From: Camelus dromedarius
Lineage: Eukaryota
Assembly: GCF_036321535.1 (NCBI RefSeq)
Contig: NC_087436.1
Coordinates: forward strand, 38,504,001 to 38,568,000
Length of the DNA stretch: 64,000 nt
Direction: 5' to 3'
This document shows positions 37,490 through 49,520 of this stretch, piece after piece. Made by a program: the position numbers and the translations under genes. The notes beneath the pieces were generated by a model, which was given only the letters and a program-made list of their open reading frames with translations, had not been told where the DNA came from and made no database searches. Within the stretch, counting starts at the first letter, position 1, and each line of letters starts with the position of its first letter.

Positions 37490-38139
37490 TTGGGACTGGT
37501 ACCTGCTCTAGTGCTTCAGGCCAGCTCCACACACCTGACACACACCTCTCTCTCTCACAACTAGCCCAGTGAAATCCTAGGCACACACCTGCCTCTGTAA
37601 CTCAGATCCCCTTCCCTCTGCTAGTACAACCAAATAGAAAAGCTGTGTTAAAACTCAAACAGGGACTTTTTGATTTCTCCAAACTGTGAGCAGTGACTTT
37701 TCACCGTGTCCTTTTAGTTTGGAACATCCCTCTCTTTTGTCATTTTTCTTTCAGCTGGATCTACCGGCTAAGGGTAATATTTAATACAATGCTTCTTAGT
37801 ATTTTTATAGCCACTAACTAGCTCTCTGGAAGCTTTTGCCTCTGACAAACATTATGTCAGACATTTTCCCAAACAAAATATAAAGAGAATATTGAACTCA
37901 GACTGTTCTATTTTTGCATACCTTTTTCTTTATAGCCCAGTGCTAGGATAAAGAGGATGCATAAGTTCAGTGAGATAAAGAAGAGTGTAAGACCCTTAGA
38001 CTCATTCAACTGTGTATAAAACAAAATGTTTTAAGTCTTTGGAACACCTATTTGAAGGAAGAATCATTCCCAAGTTTTATACTTTCACCGATGTATACTG
38101 ATTGTGAAGTGAGCCCCCAGTGCTCTGTTCTATACCCTG

Positions 38140-38390
38140 CCAGGATGATCATAGCTGATAGATCCAAGAGCCAACTGGATTCCTGAGAGCCGACTAGAAC
38201 TAAGAAACCACAGAACTCTTAAGTCTGAGGTCCCTGGAGTTACTTTGGTTTTTACTTTTCCTGAGGCCTGACTGTTCAAATCTTCTTGTTTTCTCGACGT
38301 ATCTGAATTTCCTCATTGTAAAATTCCCTCTTTCAGCTTAAGCAAGCACAAGTGAATATCTGTTGCATATAACCTAAGGAATCCTAGTTT
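38140..38390 (+). mobile_element. Old MLT1-type LTR 3' part
   Basis: taaattccctctttcagcttaagcaagc...tctgttgcatataacctaaggaatcct. Confidence 0.5.
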
Positions 38391-38979
38391 ATGACTGAAG
38401 TTTTTAAAATGTTAACGACATTAAGCTTGTCAGCAATGTACTGTGCTTTTGTGTGTCTCTAAACATATTAAATGCAGGATGAGGAAGATAGTACATTTTT
38501 TTTCACTATAAAACCCATGCCACTTGTTTCAACAGCCAACAGGCAGAGTTAACTACCTATAAAAATGTCGGTAAAGAGAATCACTCTTGTTTAGTGAATT
38601 TCTCAAAGTAATGAAGCATATTTTTTAATGCACATAGCACTTCAGATTTCATCATTTTACCCTCTTCAAAATTATCTTCTTACTAAAATGACCTAAATCT
38701 TCTAAATTAAAATAATAGGAGTTTCTTGTGATATTCAAGCAGTAGTAGTATATGTTAACTATAAAACTTGGAATAGTGATATGATGTACTTTTGCAAAGA
38801 GGCATCATTTCTTTTAGCAACAGATTTTAAGTAATTTGATGTACTAGGAAGTCACCATAACTGTCTTATTTCTCTTTACAACATACATATTATGAAATTT
38901 GGCCCCACTATACTTTCTCACTTTCTTCTTTCACTACTACGCATACCCTTCCAACATACACTTTCTTATCTCCACACCT

Positions 38980-39310
38980 TTAAAGTTGTTGATGCTATTT
39001 AAAATTCTATCTTCACCTCTCCTCCAAGCTAACTTTCCAGGAAAACTCATATTCATCCTGCAAGGCCCTACTTAAATATCACCACCTCTAGGAAGTATTC
39101 TCCATGCACCTTCCGTCCATACCTCTTTGAGCAGAAGCAATCTGTACTTCTAATTTATTATTCACCGTATCATTTTGTAAATGCCTTGAGGACTTTGATG
39201 AACTCCTCTATTAGTAATATCAGGTCTATCATCTGATATTATCCGTGAATCCCTTTACGGCAAGGACTATGTCTTGTTCATATTTTTGTCTTTCCAGCAA
39301 GTCCTCATGT
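38980..39310 (+). mobile_element. L2 fragment
   Basis: aactcatattcatcctgcaaggccctacttaaatatcaccacctctaggaag; ggcaaggactatgtcttgttcat. Confidence 0.7.
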
Positions 39311-39399
39311 GAATCTTTCAGTTCAGGAAAATCTGAGGAAAATTTGAGGTGGTCTGAGTGATGACTTTGAAAATTATTAGAATATTCTTAAATATAGTA

Positions 39400-40700
39400 T
39401 TGAGACTTCGTATGATTTGGACATATATTTTCAATTTATGAATTTGTTAAAGTTTGATAAGAGTTTTTCAAAGTGGTTTTACCAATTTCTATTCCAAGCA
39501 ACAGCATGTGAGGGTTCCAGTTGTTCCATACCTTACCAACACTTAGCATTTTCACATTATGTTTATATATTTATACACAGACACACAATGTACAATGTAT
39601 TTTTACACTGCTTTATTTGGTTTGACATTGAGCATTTTTGTTTCTAACGTTTAAGTGAAATTGGCCTATATTAATTTCTGTCCTTAGTTGGATCATTTCC
39701 TTCATTCTATTTTCTTTGTATAGATTCTTGCTTTTTTCTAGTGTCTTATACTGGATACTTAGGTTCATACAAATTTCATACTCTAATGCATACATATGTA
39801 TGTATGTATATATACATTTATATGTTAGGGATAATTAGATATATCTAATATACATACCATAGTAATATCTTATTAATATTACTATCATACTAATAGTACT
39901 AATATTGTTATATTATTAATAGTATTATCAATACTGTGTATGTAATATCTATTAACATCTACTTTTTACTATATTAAATATATATTTTATATTGATATTA
40001 ATATTGGCTATATTAACACCAGACAAAATATATCTTTAGGAAAAATTTTTTCTGAAGAAAGAAGTTTAAGATATAACATCTAATATATAAATATATATTA
40101 GATTATATATAAGTATATAACATAATATATATTAGATGTATCTATTCCAAATATGTAAATCCTATATAGAGATATATATATATCATTAGATCTTATACTG
40201 CTTTATTAAAAAAAATTCTACCTTAATATGTATTTTACCCAATATTAACATAGCCACATAAGCTCCCTTTTCATTGGTAATAGCCTGATACCACTATTTT
40301 CTCTTTCAGTTCTTCTCTGTCATTGTTTTAGGTATCTTTATATTCTAGGTATTCTTTATAAACAGAATATAACAATATTCCTAAAATCCAATTGCAAAGA
40401 CTTTGATAGTCTTTGTCTTTTAATTGGAAAGTTTATTCTATTTAAAGTTATTTAAAATATTGATATATTAAGATTTGTTTCTATATCTTATTTTGTAAGT
40501 TCTATGGATGATACTTTTTGCTCTGTTCCTTCCATCTCACTATCACATTGTATTAGATTGAGCAAGTTTATTAATTTTCTTTTCCCTCTTTCCTGCTTTA
40601 AATTTACACATCCTTTTTTTTCTATATTGCTAGATTTCAAGAGGATGGTCATTACTATAAATCACAATATCCAAAGGTATACAAATTAGTCAGGCCCCAT
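39400..40700 (-). mobile_element. Old L1 fragments with an AT-rich low-complexity insert (about 39790-40200)
   Basis: agtggttttaccaatttctattccaagcaacagcatgtgagggttccagttg; aatattaacatagccaca; long TA-rich tract. Confidence 0.6.
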
Positions 40701-41646
40701 CCCAAAATATGGGATGCCCTACCTGGTAGGCATGATATTCTGGGTGTACTATCTAGTAAACCTGATAGTCAACAGGAATCTCTCAGCGGAGTTGATTAAA
40801 GAGTAGAGCTGCTGCTATTATTGGGTTCAAGATTTTACCTTTGTTTTTGATTTTTGGCAGAGTTTAGTTTTGATTCTAATTTGTGCACAATCAATAATAT
40901 TCCCCATGGGTGGCAACAAAGATCGAAGATCCAGTTTTATGGTCCGAACATGTGATGAGCTCTGCCAGTGAAAGATAACGAAGTGGTGCTTTTTCCTCAC
41001 TTTTTTTGTTTGTCTTTTAGTGCAGGGATATGTCTCAATTGTATTGGGGAAAAAAAAAACACTTTGAGATATTAACCACTGTTGTGTTTCTGTGCTAACC
41101 TTTGACCTGTTTCTAAAAGTATAGAACTACAGGTATAAGCTCCTTTGTATCTATAATTGAGAACACTCTTTATTTATCTCTCAACAGCATGAAATAGTTT
41201 TCTACCTCCATGGGCATTAATAAATTAATTTCTATAAATTAATATAAGATCTTAAAAATAAAGATTATGATTTGTTAATAGAAAATTTCGAGTGTTTACA
41301 TAAATACAATATTCCTAGAATTCCTACATATAAAGGAACTAACTTCTAATTCTTTAGTTCTACTAATCTATTTTGTAAAAATCCTTCCTTACCAACATTT
41401 TTCTATAAAAAATGTTTATGTAATCAAGGTAAAATTTTTGATAAATCAGATTGCTTTCATAATTTTGGCTTAAGAATGCTTCCATGTTTCTGTCAAGCCT
41501 TGAATGTGGAGTAGAAAGCATAGATATAACTTTTAAATAAAACTTAGGTGTGCTTTCTCATGAAGAGACCAATTAACCTGAATCTCCTAAAGTTTTCATA
41601 CAATCTTAACTGATCTGATAGGAAAAATATAAAATTGTATTTAACT

Positions 41647-42482
41647 AATACCTAGAAATAAATTTAACTAAGGAGGTGGAAGATCTGTACACTGAAAACC
41701 ATATGACAGGTAAGGAAAAAAACTGAAGTAGACACAAATAAATGGAAAGATAGTCCATGCTCATGGAATTCAACAATAAGTGGTGCTAAAGTATCCATAC
41801 TACCCAAAGCATTCTACAGATTCAGTGCAGTCTCTATCAAAAATAACAATGGCATTCTTCACAGAATTGGAACAAAAAATTCTAAAATTTGTGGGGAAAC
41901 ACAAAAGACCCCAAAGAGCCAAAATAATCTTGAGAAAGAATAAAGCTGGAGGCATCATGCTCCCTGATTTCAAACTCTATTACAAAGCTGTAGTAATCAA
42001 GACAATACAGTATTGGCATGAAAACAGACACACAGATCAATGGAACAGAATAGAGAGCCCAGAAATAAACCCCACAGATATGGTCAGTTCATTTATGACA
42101 AAGGAGCCAAGAATATACAATGGGGAAGGCACAGTCTCTTCAATAAATGGTGCTGAGAAAACTGGACAGCCACAGGCAAAAGAATGAAGCTCAAGCACTA
42201 TCTTACACCATACACAAAAACTAACACAAAATAGATTAAAGACTTGAACATCATGACCTGACCTCAAAACTCCTAGAAGGAAAAATAGACAGTAAGCTCC
42301 TTGACATCGGTTTCTGTGGTGATTTTTTGGATTTGACACCAAAAGCAAAGGTATCAAACGTGAAAATACACAAGCAGGACTACGGCAAATTAAAAAATTC
42401 TGCACAGCAAAGAAAATCATGAAAAAAATGAAAAGGCAATCTACCCAATGGGAGGAAATATCTGATAAAGGGTTAATATCAA

Positions 42483-42517
<35 letters not shown>

Positions 42518-43327
42518 ACATATATTTATATATAACTCATATAATCCAATAGCAAGAAAAAACAAGCAATCCAGTTAAAAAATGGGCAGAAGATCTGAAC
42601 AGACATTCCCCATCCCCAGAAAAAGACAGATGGCCAACAGGTATGTGAAAAGGTGTTCAACATCACTAATCATCAATGTAAATCAAATGGAAAATGAAAA
42701 TCAAAACTGCAACGAGGTATTACCTCACACCTGCCAAAATAGCTATTTTCAAAAGTACAAGAAATAACAAGTGTTGTCAGAAATGTGGGGAAAAGAGAAC
42801 CCTTGTGCACTGTTGGAGGAATGTAAATTGGTGCAGCCACTATGGAGAACAGTATGGACATTCCTCAAAAATTGAAAGTAGAACTACCATATAATCCAGC
42901 AATTCTATTTCTGGGTATTTATTTGAAGGAAACAGAAACACTAATTCAAAAACATTATCTGCATCCCCATGTTCACTGCAGAATTATTTACAATAGCTAA
43001 GATAAAGAAGCAATCTAAGTGTCTACAGATGGATACATGGCTAAAGAAGATATGATACATATATATAATGGAATATTATTCAGTCATGAAAAGGATAAAA
43101 CCGTGCCATTTTTGATAACACAGATGAAGCCTGAAGCCATTGTGCTGAGCAAAATAAGGCAGAGAAAGACAAACAAATATCATATGACCTCCCTTACATG
43201 TAGAATCTGAAAAGTATAATAAAAATTTAAAAATAAAAACCAAGTTCATAGGTACAGAAAACAGATTGGTGGTTGCCAAAGTGTGGGGGTGGTATGGTTG
43301 GAGAAATGGGGGAAGGCTGTGAAAAGG
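41647..43327 (+). mobile_element. L1 ORF2 3' half plus partial 3' UTR, frameshifted, with internal (TA)n near 42483-42535
   Basis: [71 protein letters not shown]. Confidence 0.95.
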
Positions 43328-43394
43328 AAGAAAGGAAGGAAGGAAGAAAAGGAGGGAGGGAGGGGGGAAGGAAGGATGGACGGAAGGAAGGACA
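43325..43394. repeat. (GGAA)n/(GGGA)n purine repeat
   Basis: Direct reading of the sequence. Confidence 0.9.
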
Positions 43395-43693
43395 GAATGT
43401 TTAGGTTTGCAGAAAATTAACTTTGTCTTAGTTTATAATAACTGCAAATAATGAGTCCAAAGAGATGTTTGCAGAGTAGGCTCAGCTTTTATGAAGTTAT
43501 TTGTAAGATAAAAAGAAAAACTTCATGAATTCTTTACTGCTAAATATTACATTAACACAGCACTAGAATGTTGTTTTCTCTCTATTAAAATGACAAATTG
43601 GTGTAGGAATATTCAGTCTGCTCTCAGGAGAAGGTAGTTGTTTGTTATCGTCTGCATAATCTGCCCAGATAGATGAGATTCTTTTTCTTACCA

Positions 43694-46198
43694 AATAAGG
43701 CAGCATATAGATGGGTCTTGTTTTTTATCCATTCAGCCACTCAGTCTTTTGATTAGAGAATTTAGTCCATTTATATCTAAAATAATTATTGATAGGTATG
43801 TACTTATTGCCATTTTTTTTTTTCTGGCTGTTTTGTAGTTTCTCTTTCTTTTGTGTATCTATTCTAGGTTTTTGCTTTATAGTTATCATGAGGCTCAGAT
43901 ACAATAGTCTATATATATAACAATTTACTCTAAGTTGATAGCAAATTTGAACATATTCTACAAGTATGCATTTTTCACAACCCCCCCATTTACATTTTTG
44001 ATGTCACATTTGACATTTAAAAAAAAATTCTGTGTATCCTAGCTAAATTAACTAATTATCACAGTTATAATTATTTTCACTATTTTTGTCTTTTAATCTT
44101 TATATTTGCTAAGTGATTAATCCACTTCCTGTACTACATATCTACCTTTACTAGTGAAAATTTTTACTCTCATATGTTTTCTAGTTACTAATTAGTGCCC
44201 TTTCTTTTCAGGTTAAAGAAGATCCTTTAACATTTCTTGCAGGGTCAGTTTAGTGTAGATTAATTCCCTTAGCTTTTGCTGAACTAGAAAACACTTGCTC
44301 TCTCCTTTAATTCTAAATGGTAACATGTAAAGTATTTTTAGTTGGAAGTTTTTCCCTTTAACCATTTTGTATATATCATGCCACTCACTTCTAATCTGCA
44401 AGGTTTCAACTGAGAAATCTGCTGTTAGTCTTATGGAGGTTCCCTTATACATAACAAGTTTTCTCTTGCTGCTTTTATGATTCTCTTTTTAACTTTTGGC
44501 ATTTTAATTATAACGTGACTTGGTGTGGGGTTTTTTTGATTTGTTTTGTCTTGTTTTGTTTTTGATTCCTCCTGTTTGGAATTCTCTGGGCTTCCTATAT
44601 GTGGATATCTGTTTCCTTACCCAGGTTAGGGAAGTTTTCAGCCGTTATTGCTTCAAGTAAATTTTCTGCCCTGCTCCTTGTCTCGTCTCATTGTGGAACC
44701 CCGTATGAATATTATCTTCCTTGATGTTGTCCCATAGGCCCCTTAGGCTATTTTTACTTTCTTAAATTCTTTTTTTCTTTTTGTTGCTCTGTTTGAGTAA
44801 ATTCCACTGCACTGTCTTCCAGATCACTAATTTTTTTTCCTTCTACTTTATCTAAGCCCACTGTTGAACCCCTCTAGTGTATTTTTCAGTTCAGTTATTG
44901 TATTCTTCAGTTTTGTGACTTCTGTTTGGTACTTATATTTTCTATCTCTTTGTTGAAGTTCTTGTTCATCTTGTTCTATTTCCTCCTAAGTTCAGTGAGC
45001 ATCTTTATGATTGTTACTTAGAATTATTTATCAGGTAAAGATATCTCCCTATTTCATTAAGTTTTTTTCCCCTGGGGATTGATCTTGTTCTGTCATTTGG
45101 AACACATTCTTCTATACTTTTCATTTTGTCCGACTCTTTGTGTTTGTTTCTATGTGTTAGATAAAACCACTACTTCTCCCAGTCTTGAAGGTGTGGCTTC
45201 ATGTAGGCAATGAGCCTTATTGTTTAACCTTGCCCTCATTCTTGTTTGTCTCTCAAAGTGTCTCTCTGTTTCAGACCCATGGATCAGAAATGCAATCCCC
45301 CCAGCCACCAGAGCCTGGCACTCAAGGGGCATCCCTTGTGTGTGCAGTGTTTGCCCAGTAGTTTTGCGGTCTGTGGGGGAAGCAGAACATCCACCTGCGA
45401 CCTCCAGTGAAGCAACAGGAACATACACAGAAGGGCGGGGCACTTGCCTACCATCTCCAGCAAGGTTGTGGCAGCAACATAGGGGATGTGGTGCTCACCC
45501 ACTGCCTCTGACAGGGCTGTGGCAGTGGTGTAGGTGGGGTGGGATGTTTGCCCATTGCCTTTGGCAGGCTGTGGCAGCAGCATAAAGCTATGGGTGCTAG
45601 CAAGTTAAAGTGAGAGTACAAAAATGGCACCAGCTAGTGCTTCCATCCCTAGAGAGAGTTCCAACAAGCTTTTGTTCTTCTAGTAGATGTTTCAAAATTA
45701 GCAAATGAATCTCCTCCACATATGGTCTGGGCTCTTTAAAAACTGATGCTCTTAAACTGAATCCCGGGTAAGTGAATCTGCCTGTGAGACCCTTAGGAGC
45801 AGAATCTCTAGTCCCTACAGCCCTATGGTTCCTCAGGATGTAAGCCTCGTTGGTTTTCAAAGCCAGATGTTTTGAAAGTTTGTTTCTGTGGTACAGGTGT
45901 GGAGGGCTGGGGTACCTCATGTGGAGAATAATCTCTCACTCTTCCAGAAGAATTTCTGTAATTGTGAGATTCCTCCTATTTGTGGGTCTCCATGCCAGGG
46001 GTAGGATTTTTGGTGAGACTGCATCTCTTCTTCTTCTACCTATGTTGATGTGACTTTTTTATCCTTTGTTATGAAGTAGCTGTTCAGCTAGTTCTTGAGT
46101 CCTTTTCAGAGGGAGCTGTTTCATATGCAACTGTAGATTTGCTGTATCTTCGGGAGGAGGTGAGTTCAAGATCTTCCTACACTACCATCTTGAACCCA
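43694..46198 (-). mobile_element. L1 5' half (5' UTR, ORF1, start of ORF2), degenerate
   Basis: Minus-strand ORF1p YKGTSIRLTADFSVETLQIRSEWHDIYK; reverse strand starts ggttcaagatggtagtgtaggaagat (L1 5' end, YY1-like site); GC-richer UTR 45200-46200. Confidence 0.9.
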
Positions 46199-46389
46199 AT
46201 CAATTGCCTGAAATGTTTAAGATATTCTTGCTTATTTTTTGAAAACTGGAAAATGACATAGTCATAAATTCAGAACTTCACAGTGGAAAGATCCTTTATG
46301 TGGAAGTGTTGACACTTAATCATTGTATTTTTTTAAATGGCAAAGAATTTTAAAAAATATATTTGAGGGGGATGAAACATAGTGACCCT

Positions 46390-48300
46390 AAATAGATCAC
46401 ATACTTCTACTTTTAAAAATGACCACAACATTTAAATACAGATTTAAAGAATGAGAGAATGGTATTGATGGATATTCCATGTGAAGATCTAGGCAAAGTA
46501 AATCCTAAGCAGAAAGAATAGCAAATACAAATCTCTAAAGTAGAAACAAGCTTTTTTTTTTTTTGATGGGGGGAAGCAAGAAATTTGATATGGATAAAGC
46601 AAAGAAACAAGAAGAGAAGGGAGTAGAAAGTAAATTTATTAAAGAAGTAATGACTAGATCATGTAGGGAGGGCCCCATTTACCATGGTAAGAAATTAGAA
46701 TTGTATTCTTATTTTATAAGATAAAATTTAAGCAGGAGAGTGACATGAGGCAATTTATTTTTCAATAAGATCACCCTGACTGTTATGTGGAGAACAGAGT
46801 GCAAAAAGGCCAAGAGTAGAAGTGGGGAAATAGACAGTCCAGGTAAGTAATAATTATGAATTGAACCAGTGAAGTAGCTGAGTAGATGATGAGAAGTAAT
46901 CATACACAAGACATGTTGAATATCAAGTTACCAGGATTTTCTAATTAACTCAATGTGGGGTATGAGAAAGAGAGAAATAAGGAAAACTCAAGGTATTTTG
47001 CTTGAGCAACCAGAAAAAATGAAGATGATATTCAGAGGCTGTAAAAACTTGCAGTAAAAGTTCATATGAGAGGAGACAAAAGTAAGAGCTTTTTGGGGGG
47101 ATTTTAATTTTATATAATTATGCAGTCAAATAGATATGTTGAGGCAGTTGAGTTTGGAGTTCAGAGACCAAAAAGAAAAACATCCAGTTGAGAGTCAAAA
47201 AATTCCTTTGATAACTATGTAAGTTTAAAAAGCTAAAGATCTAATCTGTTCTTAGAAATAATAATTAGTACATATATGTAAACTAAAAAATTGTGCAGTA
47301 TACTGTATATATGTATTTACATGCAATAGAATGCATATGTGCAGTCGAACTGTAATAATTCTACAAAAAAAAGAAAAAGAAAAATATACAATAAAACTTG
47401 TACACCTACTATCTAAAAAAAATTAGAACAACCTTGGAAGAAAGCATAAATAGAGAAGAGCAGACAGTTGAGGACAGCATTCTGAAGCATTCCCAAAAGT
47501 GGAAACTGACAAGATGAAGAAGAAATTGAAACAGAATATCCACGGAAAAGGGGAGAAAACCTAGAAAATTCTGCTGTCCTGGGTGTGAAGTAAGAAAGTA
47601 GTCCCAAAAAGGAGTGGGCAAATGCATCAAGAGCTCCTGAGAAATCACGTTAGATGAGGACTGAGAACTGGGCTGGCTATATGGAAATCTTTGACAAGAT
47701 CAGATTCAGTGCAGAGATGAGTCAAAACTCACTGGAGCTGGATTAGAAGAGAATGGAATTGAAAAAGTGAGGACAGTGAGCATAGAAAACTGTTATAAGA
47801 AATATCATTATAAGGAGGCAACCCATTTCAGTGATAGCTGAGAGGGAATGTAGTGTTGAGAAGGACTTCTACTAAAATATGGGAGATATTTGTATGCTGG
47901 TGGAAATGATATAATAAAGAAAAACTGATGATGCAGAAGAGAAAATAACTACAGGAGAAAAATTCTTGAATGGTGGAATGTGAGGTGATAAGCTGCACAA
48001 ATTTAAAGGCTGGCCTCTGTCCTCTGTGAAGACCAGAAGAAATAGTGGACTATGTATATTAGGTAAGTTGGTAAATTTGGCAGTGAAAACATAAGGTGGT
48101 TTTCTTATGTTTTCTTCTATTTTATTTATGAAATAAAGTCAACAGATGAGAGTAAGAAAAGTGGATAGGATTTGGATGTTTGGGGAGAAAGATGATATTT
48201 GACAAAGAAAATGTTACTGGATTGCTGGGCTTCAGTGTTCCTTTGAGATTTGTTGTCACAAATTTAATGTCTTTGCCTTGTAATTATAAATTGTGTATCA
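46390..48300 (-). mobile_element. Long degenerate L2
   Basis: tttaagcaggagagtgacatgag...aagatcaccctgactgttatgtggagaacag; agatgaggactgagaactg. Confidence 0.75.
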
Positions 48301-49289
48301 TGAATAGACAGTTGTGATTGTGTATTTGTCCCAGCCTCATCGAGCAAGTCTGTTCTAGGTGTGCAATTGGTAAGGTGGCAGTTTAAGAAAGGTTAAACCT
48401 GTGCCAGGTACTAGAGGAGGAAGATTGTCAAGGTATGAGAGAGAGAGAGAGAGCAAGATGAAGTATAATATTGGATCATCATTAGGGCAGGTGAGCAGGA
48501 AATGAGCTATCTTTTGTGGCACTTGAACTTTATGTCAGAATCTTTACAAGTTTAGGCAAAAGCTACGACAGAGAGGATCAAACCCAATGCTCAGGCCAGG
48601 AGACCTAGTGCAGTCTTACAGGCCAGGAGCAGAAAGGTAGAAGAGGTGGGACAAAAGGAGGTCAGGGATGAAAGAACAAAGCAGGTAAATTTGGCAGGCT
48701 TGAAGAGGCAGTCAGCTTTAGTCAGTCAGCAATTAGCTAGATTTGGCTTTGGAAAAATAGTGGAATAAAATGACTCACTTTGGGATGTGTTATGCTAATG
48801 GGGACAGCTACCAAATAATATCCTTCAGCAAGGTGCCCCAGGGCATCTCTGAAAAACTCAAGTGGTCCATCCTAGCCCTAAAAGCCAAGCCATCAAGAGC
48901 TCAATCCCAACGAAGAAGAAGCGTGAGCTCAGTTCTCTTAACCTGGCTCACAGGACAGCCTTAAACTTTTATGGTAGATCAAAGACCATGCCACAAGCTT
49001 AATGGGAGTTAAATTTCTAAAATATCAGGGGTGGCCACAGTGTGCCCCCAAAGCTGTTCCTTTAGCTATGTATTTGACCAGGTTGCTGACAATTCTGTTC
49101 TCTTCTGACACAAAATATGAGTGCCCCCAAAGAAGTTCATTTCCTACCATCCTTGAGGATCCATTATTATATTTTATCTTTTTCATAAACAGTTAACTGG
49201 CAGAATGAATGACTTTGTAAAAAATAATTTTCCTTTCCTTGGTAATGGGAAATTCTTTTCATGCTGTCCAAGCACTATAAATATCACTT

Positions 49290-49520
49290 ATTAAGAGTTA
49301 ATATATGCCTGACACACTAAATTCCTTACATGCATTATCTCATTTACTCATCTCAATATGCCTCTGAAGTAGGCATTATCATGACCCTATATTTTTACAC
49401 ATGAGGTAACTAAAGCCCAGAAAGTATAACTGACCTGTCCAGAGTCACATGACCTATAAGGATAGAAGCCAGTATTTAAACCCAGAACTTTTCCAAAATC
49501 CTTGCTCTTAAACTGATTCA
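49290..49520. mobile_element. MIR, near full length
   Basis: catgcattatctcatttactcatctcaa...atgaggtaactaaagcccagaaagtataactgacctgtccagagtcaca. Confidence 0.85.

Noticed and set aside
40951..41040. C/D snoRNA box C (gtgatga)
   Set aside because: No box D (CTGA) or terminal stem at a suitable distance.
48480..49170. Possible ancient LTR
   Set aside because: Composition is suggestive, but I could not identify termini or a family.
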